Assembly (NCBI GenBank): GCA_965215015.1
Contig: OZ244042.1
Location: forward strand, 4,224,001-4,288,000
Reading direction: 5' to 3'
DNA length: 64,000 bases
Source: Candidatus Poribacteria bacterium
GTDB taxonomy: Bacteria; Poribacteria; WGA-4E; PCPOR2b
Shown here: piece by piece, positions 19,219 to 29,482 of the stretch
How positions within the stretch are numbered: the first letter of the stretch is position 1
How the letters are laid out: the number at the start of each line of letters is the position of its first letter
The notes under the pieces: model-generated
Seen by the model: the letters and a program-made list of their open reading frames with translations, nothing else
What the model was told of the DNA's origin: nothing
Database searches by the model: none
Made by a program: the position numbers and the translations under genes

Positions 19219-20265
19219 ATGGACATACTTGAAATTGACGGAAACTATGGCGAGGGCGGCGGTCAAATTCTGCGCTCAAGCCTTAGTTTGGCTGCGATTC
19301 TTCAACGTCCCATCCGGATTAGCAGCATACGCGCAGGACGGAAAAAACCGGGACTGGCTTCACAACATCTCACCTGCGTTAATGCAGTCGCTGCGATGAC
19401 CAATGCGGAAGTAATCGGTGGAGTGCTCGGATCCCAAACGTTGACCTTCCGCCCCCAAGAGATCTCTGGTGGAAACTATACCTTTGATGTCGCCGATATT
19501 CGTCCGAGTGCCGGGGCATTATCGTTGGTTTACCAGTCGGTTGCGTTGCCGCTGTCATACGCTAAAACCCCATCAACCGTCACTTTGCGAGGTGGAACGC
19601 ATGTCCCTTGGAGCCCTACCGTTCACTACCTACAGGAGATCTTCGGACCGACGGTATCAAAGTTCGGGTTTGAAGGCTTTATGCAATTGGATAGGTGGGG
19701 TTGGTATCCCAAAGGAGGCGGAGAAGCAATCGCAGTGGTACAACCGACTGCCGATTGGTACGGTGTCCAGCTCGGACAGCGCGGTAAACTACAAGCAGTC
19801 TCTGGTATTTCTGCCGTTTCTAATCTCCCCGAACACATCCTCAGTCGGCAGCACAACCAGATTCAAAAACGCTTGGCACCGTTTGATTTACCTGTCAACG
19901 TAGAGCAGGTCAAAGGGAAATCCATCGGACAAGGGACGCTTGTTTTCCTGAAGGCGGAATTTGAAAACGTTCAGGCCGGATTCTCTGCCCTCGGTGCTCG
20001 GGGTAAACGTGCTGAGCGAGTTGCCGATGAAGCTTGTCAAGCGTTAGAAGATTTTCTGGCATCAGACGCCGCGATTGATCCACACCTTGCAGATCAACTC
20101 ATTCTTCCGATGGCACTTGCAAAGGGAAAATCCCGCTTGACCACCTCTCGAATCACACGACATCTTACCACAAACATCTGGTTGGTCCAGCAGTTTTTAC
20201 CCGTTCAATTTGAGGTGAATGGTGCTGAAAACGAGCCGGGGGAGATTGTAAAAATTGACAGTTGA
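19219..20265 (+). CDS. rtcA: RNA 3'-terminal phosphate cyclase
   Basis: DGNYGEGGGQILR, RAGRKKPGL, GWYPKGGG, HLADQL and catalytic His in TRHLTTN. Confidence 0.95.
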   Translation: MDILEIDGNYGEGGGQILRSSLSLAAILQRPIRISSIRAGRKKPGLASQHLTCVNAVAAMTNAEVIGGVLGSQTLTFRPQEISGGNYTFDVADIRPSAGALSLVYQSVALPLSYAKTPSTVTLRGGTHVPWSPTVHYLQEIFGPTVSKFGFEGFMQLDRWGWYPKGGGEAIAVVQPTADWYGVQLGQRGKLQAVSGISAVSNLPEHILSRQHNQIQKRLAPFDLPVNVEQVKGKSIGQGTLVFLKAEFENVQAGFSALGARGKRAERVADEACQALEDFLASDAAIDPHLADQLILPMALAKGKSRLTTSRITRHLTTNIWLVQQFLPVQFEVNGAENEPGEIVKIDS

Positions 20266-20320
20266 AAACCGTGTTGCTCTCCAAAAATAGAAACATTCCA
20301 AAACACCTCCAACAAAGCAG

Positions 20321-21385
20321 ATGCCCTCCCCCAAGCGAACCAGAAAATCGGAGAATCCAGAAATAGATCGACTCATACAGCGAGGCATCTCCGAGAAAGT
20401 TTTTCCTGGTGCCGTCGCCTATATCGCTGAAGGTGGCGCAGTCTTATACTGCAAAGCGTTTGGGAATCGGATGTGCACCCCTGAAATCAAACCGATGCAG
20501 CGCGATACAATCTTTGACCTCGCCTCCCTCACCAAGCCGATTGTAACTGCAACGCTCATCATGCGTCTTGTTGAGAACGGAACAGTTGAACTCAACGAGA
20601 CGCTTCAAAATTATCTCCCTGAATTTATTCATCCACAAGTGACTATCTCTCATCTGTTGACCCACACCTCTGGACTCCCAGCGTGGCGGGCAACCTACTT
20701 AGAACCAAAAACTAAGGATGGGGTTGTTGCCTATCTCAGTCAAATTCCTTTAGATTATCCGACGGGAACACAGGTTGTGTATAGTTGTTTGGGATATATC
20801 CTGCTTGGGAAACTAATCGAGCGTCTAACAGGAGAACCCCTAGATGGGCTCGCACAAAGATGGATTTTTCAACCGCTCAAAATGAATTCAACACGGTATA
20901 ATCCGCCCTCGACGTGGACGGATAAATGTGCGGCGACAGAGGATTCCAACAACTCTGAAAAACGGATGGTTGACTATCAGCCGCATGATTGGCGCGAAGG
21001 CATCATCGTCGGCGAGGTGCATGACGAAAATGCTCATTTTCTAGGCGGAGTTTCAGGAAATGCAGGACTGTTTTCGACCGCTATAGATACCGGGAAATTT
21101 TGCCAAATGCTAATCAACGGCGGAGACAGCATCTTAGCGACCGAAAGCATCAACCAGATGGCAACCGTTCATACAACAGGGTTAAACGAATCGCGGGGCA
21201 TTGGTTGGATTATATTAGAAGATGACTCACTCTACCATACCGGATTTACCGGAACTTCCATTCGAGTCAATCTGGAAAGGAAAATGTTTGCTATCCTGCT
21301 AACAAACCGAGTTCATCCCGATGCTTCTCATCCTGGCATTATTGATTTTCGAGCCAAGTTTTATCAATCTATTTTTTTTCTTTGA
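20321..21385 (+). CDS. Serine hydrolase, beta-lactamase family (AmiE/YfeW-like)
   Basis: FDLASLTK (SxxK), LLTHTSG, YSCLGY, GEVHDENA, GNAGLFS, HTGFTGT and LTNRVHP. Confidence 0.85.
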   Translation: MPSPKRTRKSENPEIDRLIQRGISEKVFPGAVAYIAEGGAVLYCKAFGNRMCTPEIKPMQRDTIFDLASLTKPIVTATLIMRLVENGTVELNETLQNYLPEFIHPQVTISHLLTHTSGLPAWRATYLEPKTKDGVVAYLSQIPLDYPTGTQVVYSCLGYILLGKLIERLTGEPLDGLAQRWIFQPLKMNSTRYNPPSTWTDKCAATEDSNNSEKRMVDYQPHDWREGIIVGEVHDENAHFLGGVSGNAGLFSTAIDTGKFCQMLINGGDSILATESINQMATVHTTGLNESRGIGWIILEDDSLYHTGFTGTSIRVNLERKMFAILLTNRVHPDASHPGIIDFRAKFYQSIFFL

Positions 21386-21401
21386 AAGAGAGATAACAAA
21401 C

Positions 21402-22334
21402 ATGCAAGAAACATTGAGAGCGTTTATGACCGACATCAGGCAGTCAATGACACAGGTATTGGGAGAATCTATAGTTAACGTCTTATATGCAATTATGATT
21501 TTGATTGCATTGTTAATTGCCTATAAAGTGTCCAAGAAATTAATCGTCAGGGCGATGTCTAGTCAGCAACGCACGGATTCACAAATTCGGCAGTTTATGG
21601 CGATGTGGAGATATTCGTTTCTGTTGATTGCCATTATTTTTGTCGTTGTGAGTCTGTCAGGATCTCTAGCCGCGATGGGATTGACTATTGCTTTTGTTAG
21701 CATGATTCTGGGTTGGTCCCTTCAACGACCAGTAACTGGCGTGGCAGCATGGTTGATGGTGATGATTAAGCGTCCTTTTATGATTGGCGACCGCATTATC
21801 ATTCAAGGAGTACGGGGCGATGTTTTGGAGATTAGCCCCACACACATTTTGCTCGGTGAAGTTGGCGGCACAGTAGGCGGTGAAGAATCTTCTAATCGTG
21901 GCATTTTGATCCCTAATGCGGTGTTGTTTGACCAGATGGTCATCAACTATGCTGTTTCTGAGGACACGAAGTATATCTTGGATGAAGTCCCCGTCAGGGT
22001 TTCCTATGATTCGGATTATAAATTGGCAGAGCAGACATTAATTGATTGTGCTCAGGGCGTAACAACGGAAATCATAGAAGATACAGGCAAGGCACCTGAA
22101 GTGCGCGCAGAGTTCTTTGATTCAGGGGTATTCATGCGTTTGCGCTATCAATCAATTGCTGTGGATAGACAGAAAATATCGACTGCAATTGTTGCAAAAA
22201 TTGTGGAAGCCTTTGGCAAAAGCAATCAACTTGGTTTTGCTTATCCCCATTCCGCTATAGAGTATAAATTGTCTGAAAAGACGTCTCTACCACCGATGTA
22301 TAAGGAGGTTCCCCTCCATCAAGAGGTTGACTAA
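21402..22334 (+). CDS. Small-conductance mechanosensitive channel (MscS family)
   Basis: Three TM helices, KRPFMIGDRI, ILIPN and FAYPH. Confidence 0.85.
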   Translation: MQETLRAFMTDIRQSMTQVLGESIVNVLYAIMILIALLIAYKVSKKLIVRAMSSQQRTDSQIRQFMAMWRYSFLLIAIIFVVVSLSGSLAAMGLTIAFVSMILGWSLQRPVTGVAAWLMVMIKRPFMIGDRIIIQGVRGDVLEISPTHILLGEVGGTVGGEESSNRGILIPNAVLFDQMVINYAVSEDTKYILDEVPVRVSYDSDYKLAEQTLIDCAQGVTTEIIEDTGKAPEVRAEFFDSGVFMRLRYQSIAVDRQKISTAIVAKIVEAFGKSNQLGFAYPHSAIEYKLSEKTSLPPMYKEVPLHQEVD

Positions 22335-22402
22335 TCAAAGCATAGATTATTGCTATGAGTAGATCTTTGGCTGCAAATTAACGCTATTGTTTATAAGAAG
22401 CC

Positions 22403-22579
22403 ATGAAGCTAACAAACGTGCAGATAGTAAAATATACTGTGAGTTTGACCTGTTTATTTCTTCTCTCCGCGAGTGCCAAAGGACAGGTCAATATTGAGAC
22501 CTTGCGGAGACTAGACTCAAAACTGGGCTGGTATAACAACATCACTTTAAGCCTGATAGGTTTTGAACAGATGGAGTAA
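22403..22579 (+). pseudogene. N-terminal remnant of a probable DUF481-like outer-membrane protein
   Basis: Signal peptide followed by QVNIETLRR...GW, then a stop at codon 59. The downstream region is occupied by repeat elements. Confidence 0.35.
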
Positions 22580-22647
22580 CCGTTTTTTCTATTGGGTATC
22601 AGTCAAACTTACCGGGAGAGTTCTTGCAGTTCATGTTTATTCCTTTC

Positions 22648-22756
22648 TAGGACTTACGCAGTTGAACCCTCGACGCTTTGTAGATCTATATTCATATCTC
22701 GACCATATCTCGACACCGAAACGTCAATTTGTCAAAATTGACCTACAAAAGTCCTA
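22648..22756. mobile_element. MITE-like element, family A (TAGGACTTACGCA ends), degenerate right end
   Basis: Left end TAGGACTTACGCAGTTGAAC, right end ...AAAAGTCCTA. Matches the copies at 31632 and 60964. Confidence 0.5.
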
Positions 22757-23286
22757 TGTTGGTGCATTTGGATATGATCCCAGTTGACTGGGCAGGTTAG
22801 GTGCCTCCGATTTCAGCGAGGGTAGATGCTGCCCTACCATTACGGATTCGGTGAATCGCCGAGTATACCAGGACTCATACCAAATACTGTTGTGCCACAC
22901 GATTGGTTCAATCAGTCCGGAACGAAGAGGAACGCAAAACCCTTGCTGAGGATGGCGAAACATGGGACGACATAAGTCAGGGATGCTCATAATTATTGTC
23001 CGAATCACGGATTAAACGGATGAAGCGGATTGCACGGACACAGATAGGGGGCTCAAGCGGCAGATGAGGCAAGAGGCCCCACCGACGGGGTTGGAAATGC
23101 TTTGTTTTTCTCAATTTGGGGTGGGAGTTTAATAGCCGTTGCGTGTTAGCCAAGCCATATGCCATAACGATTGTGTGATCTACGGCACCACGGATTGGGC
23201 CTACTACTTTATAAGCAGCCCTCAATTATCTAGTTACGATAAGATTTCAACATAACCTATACTCTATTGAGAAAGGATATTCAAAC

Positions 23287-24261
23287 GTGAAGCGCGGCTT
23301 GACTCTATTCTTCATGAGCCTCTTTATATCTTCTCCAATCCTTGCCCAAGATGTTGATTACAAAATCCCGAAGAAACTGGAGGCCGAAGACTTTCAGCTC
23401 CCACAGGATAAGGAATTGATAAAGAAATTTGATTCGGTAAAAATTCCGACGCTGATACGCCCCATGCTAAAAACGGAGGAAGAATATATCGTTCCGTGGT
23501 TGCGTAAACATATTGCTGACGTTCATGACTATGGGTTGATGATTAGAATGATGCGCCAAGGAGTGCTAGTAACGGAAAAACAGTTTGCGTGGGTTAAGTC
23601 AGAGGTGGATGCCTGTGCAAAAATTTTACATATTTCACCTCCACCGGCTGTTTTCATTGTTGGCAAAGGTGGGATGAAGGCGGATGCAGTTAACTTCAAA
23701 ACACCTTTTATTGTCCTTCCTTCTGAGTTGATTGACAAATCAAGCCCTAAGGCACTGCGGTTCGCTATCGGACGCCAGATGGGACATATTAAATGCGATC
23801 ATGTGTTTTACAAAGCTTTAACCTCTGAAGCTAGTGGTTCACTTGAGCTTGTTTTGGGAAAATGGGGTCAAGAGTTACTTAACTCATTTTTTGGAAAGAT
23901 AAGCGATTTGGTCTTAGTGGATTGGATACTGGCTCACGAAATGTCCGCTGACCGTGCGGGTCTCATCGCCTGTCAAGATTTGGTCGTTGCTCAACGGGCA
24001 CTGCTCAATTTCAAGTTGGCAATCTCGTTTGAGGGAATCAAACTCAATGTCGAAGATTACCTTGAACAAGCGAAAATCGCACAAGGAAAGCAGGGACTGA
24101 TTTTAGAAAAGCTGCCGAAACCGGTGCAGAAGGGTATTAGTCATTGGCAGCGATCAGAACGGTTGCAATCAGAGCATCCGTTCATCTTTCAACGGGTCAA
24201 GGTCTTACAAGAGTATGCAGAATCTGAAGCGTATCAGAAGCTATTTGAGTCGACTAACTAG
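23287..24261 (+). CDS. Secreted M48-family peptidase homologue with degenerate zinc motif
   Basis: Signal peptide, LRFAIGRQMGHIKCDH (HExxH replaced by RQMGH), EMSADRAGL and SEHP..QRV. Confidence 0.75.
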   Translation: MKRGLTLFFMSLFISSPILAQDVDYKIPKKLEAEDFQLPQDKELIKKFDSVKIPTLIRPMLKTEEEYIVPWLRKHIADVHDYGLMIRMMRQGVLVTEKQFAWVKSEVDACAKILHISPPPAVFIVGKGGMKADAVNFKTPFIVLPSELIDKSSPKALRFAIGRQMGHIKCDHVFYKALTSEASGSLELVLGKWGQELLNSFFGKISDLVLVDWILAHEMSADRAGLIACQDLVVAQRALLNFKLAISFEGIKLNVEDYLEQAKIAQGKQGLILEKLPKPVQKGISHWQRSERLQSEHPFIFQRVKVLQEYAESEAYQKLFESTN

Positions 24262-24429
24262 GGTGTGGTGATATTTTGCGGTTGCGAATTTTGGAATCTC
24301 TATAATCACCGTGAAATCGGTCAATAATCAGGGTGGTGGTACGAAATCGCCTCAAAACACATCGGGACTGATTCAATTTACCAAATGTCACAAGAAACTC
24401 TCTATATCTAAAATAAGAGGCGAATCGAA

Positions 24430-25713
24430 ATGCTTAAAATTAAGAATAGATCTGTGTATAGTTGTTATATTTTTTTAACATGCAGCTTCCTACAGATCTT
24501 CTCAAATACCGAGGTTGTCGCGGCAAATCAATCGACTCCGACTAAAGAAAAAGAATATATCTATCTGCCCCTTGCCTTTTCGATTGTTCCGCAAGTAACT
24601 CCCGTTGAGGATGAACCGAACGAGGTGCCCCATCTGTCCTTTAATCTCCTCGCCGGCTACTACGCGAAACTGGATGGGTTTGAGTTGGGAGGACTCGCTA
24701 ACTTGGAAACCGAGGAAGTATACGGGGTGCAACTTGCGGGACTGACAAACGTTGTTGGTGGAAACGTCAAAGGGTTCCAAGCTGCATCTGGCCTTAATCT
24801 CGCTCGTACGGGCCTCAAGGGATTACAGGTTGCACTCGGGGCGAACATTGTCGCTGGAAGTGTTGAGGGGTTCCAAGGTGCCTATGGACTCAATTTGGCG
24901 GGCAGCAACCTTGACGGAATCCAGATATCAGGAGCTGCAAATATCGTTGATGGATACGTTGAAGGGGTACAGGGCTCCTATGGGTTCAACATCGCCCGCG
25001 GCGATCTCAAGGGATTACAGGTTGCAAGAGGTGCGAATATTGCGGGTGGGAGTGTCAGGGGATTCCAGGGTGCTTTTGGACTTAACCTTGGTAGCGATAT
25101 CCACGGTCTGCAACTCAGTGCACTTAATATTGCCCGTGGGCGTGTCGGTGGAACGCAGATTGGTGTTATCAATATCGCCCGGAGAATGACAGGATTCCAG
25201 TTGGGTGTCGTTAATATATCAGGAAGTAACACCGGTACTTCTGTTGGGTTATTTAGTTTTGCCAAGAGCAAGTCCTTGCATCTTCGTCTTTGGACCAGTG
25301 ATACCGAAAACGCAAATGTGGGCCTACGGTTCGGCAGTAGCCGCAGCTATAACCTATTGCTGGTGGGTGCCCAGCAAAATTCGGATCCGATGCGATGGTA
25401 TTACGGAATCGGCATGGGCGGACATACTCCACTTAACGAGCATCTCTTTATAAACATTGATGGAGTTGTTCGGCATGTTCACTACGGTGTGTGGGATAAG
25501 GATAATCAGGACAACTTCTTGACCAAACTACGTGTTGCTATCGGTTGGGAACAGTATCAACGCTTGAGTGTCTTTGGGGGCATCGCGCTGAATGTCTTTC
25601 TGTCGGGTGCAAGTGAAGCATCTGACTTCGCCTATGGACTAGATTACCTGACCGAATGGGGCGACGTGAAAATCCGCCTTTGGCCCGGAATTTTTGCCGG
25701 TGTTCAGTTTTAG
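24430..25713 (+). CDS. Surface repeat protein (LA_2272-like GxQ beta-solenoid) with C-terminal beta-barrel
   Basis: About 12 repeats of roughly xxGxQxxxxxNxxxG. Ends in WPGIFAGVQF, a barrel-type C-terminal Phe. Confidence 0.75.
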   Translation: MLKIKNRSVYSCYIFLTCSFLQIFSNTEVVAANQSTPTKEKEYIYLPLAFSIVPQVTPVEDEPNEVPHLSFNLLAGYYAKLDGFELGGLANLETEEVYGVQLAGLTNVVGGNVKGFQAASGLNLARTGLKGLQVALGANIVAGSVEGFQGAYGLNLAGSNLDGIQISGAANIVDGYVEGVQGSYGFNIARGDLKGLQVARGANIAGGSVRGFQGAFGLNLGSDIHGLQLSALNIARGRVGGTQIGVINIARRMTGFQLGVVNISGSNTGTSVGLFSFAKSKSLHLRLWTSDTENANVGLRFGSSRSYNLLLVGAQQNSDPMRWYYGIGMGGHTPLNEHLFINIDGVVRHVHYGVWDKDNQDNFLTKLRVAIGWEQYQRLSVFGGIALNVFLSGASEASDFAYGLDYLTEWGDVKIRLWPGIFAGVQF

Positions 25714-25783
25714 GTGTTGTTACGCCAAAGGGAATCGTCCTTAATTCCAAGCCCAGATGCAGTAGGGAAAACATACAACAAAT

Positions 25784-27349
25784 ATGAATCGACAGACAAA
25801 ACTCCTTCTTGGCGTTATAGGGGGGATTGCATTCATTCTGTTATGTCTTTACCTCTTTTTGCGTAGGCAACCAGATTTGGATATCTCAATTATGCCACCT
25901 GCGCCCCCGCGAAATGTTACGCCCGTTCCATTACCACCCCCTACACCTTCAACCATTGCAGTTAGGGCAACTCTGCCAATCGCAGATCTTGAAAACCTCG
26001 CCGCATCAGCACTTAGTGATTATCTACGTAACCCTATCCATAAAAAAAATGATTCCATGGAATACTATGTAACGCTAGCGTTGCGTGAAATCACTATGAA
26101 AGGCTTAGAAGATTCACTGCAAGGATATAGTGCCGCTAAAAAGATAATTGAGGTGAAGTTACTGCTTACTTTTAGTGGTTGGGCGCGCGTCTATAAGCAA
26201 ATTTTTGGAAAAACACTCCAAAAACAGGAAGATGTTACCGGTAATGCAGTTGCCAAATTAGAACTTGGATTAACATTCAATCCAGATTGGAGTGTTACCG
26301 CGACAGCACACTCGGACCTCCTTATTCAACAGGCGGAAATTGAGATTTTGGGCTTAAAGGTCTCAATACGGAGGCCTCTTACAAAATTGATAAAGGAAAT
26401 GGTCCTCCCCAAATTAGAGACTAAAATTGTTAAGTATATCACCCAGATAGAGGTAAAAAGCCGGGTCTCCAGTTTGTGGGCACGACTCCATGAACCGATA
26501 GTCGTAAATTCGGAGCCACCTATTTCGCTCTCAATAGAGCCGCTAGAAATCCTCGCGCAACAACCCGCAAGCGACGCGGAAAAACTCTACCTCTATTTTG
26601 GGATAAAAACCTACATCAAGGCAAACATTAGAAATGAATCTTCGATTGTACGCGATGTAACGCATACAGAGATTTCACCGGCAGAGGATAGGAAAAAAGA
26701 AAAAAAAGTGATACCGAACCTTCATTTTGTAGACTCGCTTGAGCCCGGATATCGCATTACGGCTCCACTCCTAGTTGCTTACACAGCTATCGAACAGCTA
26801 GCACGTCCTCATGTCGAGAAAGCACACCGGCTTAAAGGGATTGAAACGTTTGTTGATAGCTTAACCATCTATGGAAGTCAAACTAAACTCGTTGCTGGAC
26901 TATCTTTTAGGATGCCGAAATTCCGGGCGAATGGACAGGTGTATCTCCTTGGCACGCCTCACTATAATTCAGATGAGATGACGCTTTCAGTTACCGATTT
27001 TGACTATTCACTCACAACGCGAAATCTGCTTATAGAGATGGCAGAGAACATAAGTGGAGGTGCATTTCCTCACCTGCGTGAGCAAGTAGAATCGAAACTT
27101 GTCTTTTCGTTAGAAGAGCAGCTGACACTGTTGCAGGAAAAGCTCCAAGTGGCGATTGAAAACAGGGCTGTTGGTTCCTATATTCGCTTACATGGAACCG
27201 TAGAGACGATTACCCCAAAAGGACTTCATCTAACTCCAGAAGGCGTCCGTATTCCTTTCCACTTGGAGGGGGCACTTAGCTGTGAGGTTAAACTAAATTC
27301 TTCGGATAGTTCTGAGCCGGGAACCCCTTCAGAGTTACTTGAAGAGTAG
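25784..27349 (+). CDS. DUF4403-like protein
   Basis: N-terminal TM, Pro-rich linker, SLWARLHEPI and GQVYLLGTPHYN. Confidence 0.6.
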   Translation: MNRQTKLLLGVIGGIAFILLCLYLFLRRQPDLDISIMPPAPPRNVTPVPLPPPTPSTIAVRATLPIADLENLAASALSDYLRNPIHKKNDSMEYYVTLALREITMKGLEDSLQGYSAAKKIIEVKLLLTFSGWARVYKQIFGKTLQKQEDVTGNAVAKLELGLTFNPDWSVTATAHSDLLIQQAEIEILGLKVSIRRPLTKLIKEMVLPKLETKIVKYITQIEVKSRVSSLWARLHEPIVVNSEPPISLSIEPLEILAQQPASDAEKLYLYFGIKTYIKANIRNESSIVRDVTHTEISPAEDRKKEKKVIPNLHFVDSLEPGYRITAPLLVAYTAIEQLARPHVEKAHRLKGIETFVDSLTIYGSQTKLVAGLSFRMPKFRANGQVYLLGTPHYNSDEMTLSVTDFDYSLTTRNLLIEMAENISGGAFPHLREQVESKLVFSLEEQLTLLQEKLQVAIENRAVGSYIRLHGTVETITPKGLHLTPEGVRIPFHLEGALSCEVKLNSSDSSEPGTPSELLEE

Positions 27350-27380
27350 CAAGTGACCTTTGACTAAAGCCATAAGTAAA

Positions 27381-27533
27381 TTAACCTAAGTTGCTAAGTT
27401 CTCATTTAATAAATTGAATGGGTCCTGATACACTTAAGAAATCTCGGACTGTCGGTATTTGACAGATTGAGCCTACAGCGTTTACTAAATTAGTAACAAC
27501 AAAATGTTAGCATGCCCTAGCAACTTGGGTTAA
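27381..27533. mobile_element. MITE-like element, family B
   Basis: Terminal IRs TTAACCTAAGTTGCTAAG / CTAGCAACTTGGGTTAA around a non-coding interior. A lone matching end occurs near 14996. Confidence 0.6.
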
Positions 27534-27544
27534 AAAAGTGTGTT

Positions 27545-29482
27545 ATGCTCGACCGGCTGAAAAATAGATTGAAGTTTCAGGTTGAACAATTACTGTTGCG
27601 CGGTGCACACGCTCGATTGCTATTTATCGCATCATTGGTTGGAGTGGTCTCTATCGGTGGCGGTTTGCTGGTCCAGGCAACAAACACCCCTTTTGATGAC
27701 AACCCAACGGCAATCTGGTGGGCATTCTTGCGTTTGACCGACCCGGGGTATTTGGGAGATGATGAAGGGCTAACACGTCGCATTATTTCGAGCATGTTGA
27801 CAGTGCTTGGATACGTGCTTTTCATGGGGTCACTGATCGCGATTCTGACGCAGTGGCTTAATCAGAAGATTCGCAATTTTGAACGGGGACTTACCCCCAT
27901 TGTGCGACGCAATCACATTTTAATCTTAGGTTGGACAAATCGCACGCCTGCCATCGTCGCCGAGTTGATGCGTTCTGAGGGACGCGTGCGTCGGTTTTTA
28001 CAAGTACGTGGTGCCCGTGGATTACATGTGGTTATTTTATCTGAGGATGTCAGTTTGGAGCGCACCATGGAATTGCGAAGGGCACTCGGGGGGCTATGGG
28101 ATGCTCGGAAGATCACATTTCGATCAGGTATACCGCTGCGCCTGAAACATTTGGAGCGCGTGGATTTCCAAAATGCAAGTGCCATTATTTTACCGGGCGC
28201 TGATTTTGCCTACGGCAGCGCAAACGAATCGGATACACGCATCGTCAAAACAGTATTATCAATAGTCAATCAATGGGGAGCCAATCGAAATCAATCCCTA
28301 CCTTTACTGGTGACAGAGATTTTTGACCCCAACAAAGTCCTCATGGCCCAAAAGGTCTATCGGGGCATTTTAGAGATTTTGGCGAGCGGTGTGTTGATTG
28401 CGCGATGTATGGCGCAAAATGTGCGCCATCCGGGATTATCGCATCTGTTCCACCAGATTTTGTCCCACAGATATGGGAATTCCATCTATATCCGTACCTT
28501 TGAATCGTTAGCGGGTTCCTGTTTTGGCGATTTAGCAAGAGCGTGTCCAAAGGCGGTTTTACTAGGGGTGGTACGTCCCCATGGTGAGGCATTTCACTCC
28601 ATGCTCAATCCGTCCGGGGATCTAATTCTAGAATCAAAAGACCGCTTGGTCTTTTTGGCGCGGGAATATGAAGATTGTAAGATACTGAAAAAGTTTCCAT
28701 CGAAACAATCATCACATCAATCTCAGGAAGTTTCCCGTACTCGAGTAAACGGCGAGCGACGCATTTTAATTTTAGGTTGGAATCACAAAGCCGCGGCACT
28801 ATTCAAGGAATTTAGTAGGTATCTTCATGAACAGTTCGAGATTTCGATTTTGTCTCTTATACCTTCCGCGAAAAGAGAAGCTGAATTGGATCGGAAAGGA
28901 ATTGACCGACACTACCTCAGAATAACTCATTGCGAAGGCGATCATACCTCTCTATCAGATTTGGAAGCGATCTACCCGAATAGTTACGATAATGTGGTGA
29001 TTTTGGGGAGCGACTGGTTAGAGACGCAGGAAGAATCCGACGCACGGACGATTGTGGGGCATCTAGTCCTGAAGAATATACTTGAACGAACCACCCAGAA
29101 ACCGAAGATTTTGGTAGATTTGATGGATGCCGACAATATTGGATTATTTCAAGACGAAGATACCGAAGTACTAGTTACACCGATGATAGCAAGTCAGGTG
29201 CTAGCACAAGTTGCGTTGCGACGGGAGCTCAATGTCGTTTATGAAGAATTGTTTGGTGCCGGCGGAACAGAGATTTTTTTCCGTCCGGTGGCAGATTACG
29301 GTATAGTGGGTCAAAAGATGAGTTTTAGAGAGCTAAAGGAGATATCCGCGGGCTGCAGTGAAATCACGCTGGGAGTTCGCTTGGAAAACGGTTCGATTGA
29401 ACTGAATCCGGTACAGAACAAGACCTACATATTGAAGGAGACGGATGATCTGATTGCATTGGTTCAGGAGGATGCAGCGTGA
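27545..29482 (+). CDS. CASTOR/POLLUX-related putative cation channel with tandem RCK domains
   Basis: TM-pore-TM (WWAFLRLTDPGYLG), two RCK domains (HILILGW, RILILGWN) and SDTRIVKT/SDARTI motifs. Confidence 0.8.
   Translation: MLDRLKNRLKFQVEQLLLRGAHARLLFIASLVGVVSIGGGLLVQATNTPFDDNPTAIWWAFLRLTDPGYLGDDEGLTRRIISSMLTVLGYVLFMGSLIAILTQWLNQKIRNFERGLTPIVRRNHILILGWTNRTPAIVAELMRSEGRVRRFLQVRGARGLHVVILSEDVSLERTMELRRALGGLWDARKITFRSGIPLRLKHLERVDFQNASAIILPGADFAYGSANESDTRIVKTVLSIVNQWGANRNQSLPLLVTEIFDPNKVLMAQKVYRGILEILASGVLIARCMAQNVRHPGLSHLFHQILSHRYGNSIYIRTFESLAGSCFGDLARACPKAVLLGVVRPHGEAFHSMLNPSGDLILESKDRLVFLAREYEDCKILKKFPSKQSSHQSQEVSRTRVNGERRILILGWNHKAAALFKEFSRYLHEQFEISILSLIPSAKREAELDRKGIDRHYLRITHCEGDHTSLSDLEAIYPNSYDNVVILGSDWLETQEESDARTIVGHLVLKNILERTTQKPKILVDLMDADNIGLFQDEDTEVLVTPMIASQVLAQVALRRELNVVYEELFGAGGTEIFFRPVADYGIVGQKMSFRELKEISAGCSEITLGVRLENGSIELNPVQNKTYILKETDDLIALVQEDAA

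Noticed and set aside
21372-21385. T8 run that could slip to fuse the serine hydrolase with MscS
   Set aside because: Both proteins look complete on their own and MscS has a plausible start at 21402. The open upstream frame is probably chance.
20321-21385. Antibiotic-resistance beta-lactamase (likewise the APH-like gene at 55564-56376 as a resistance gene)
   Set aside because: The motifs fit broad housekeeping subfamilies and there is no mobile context.
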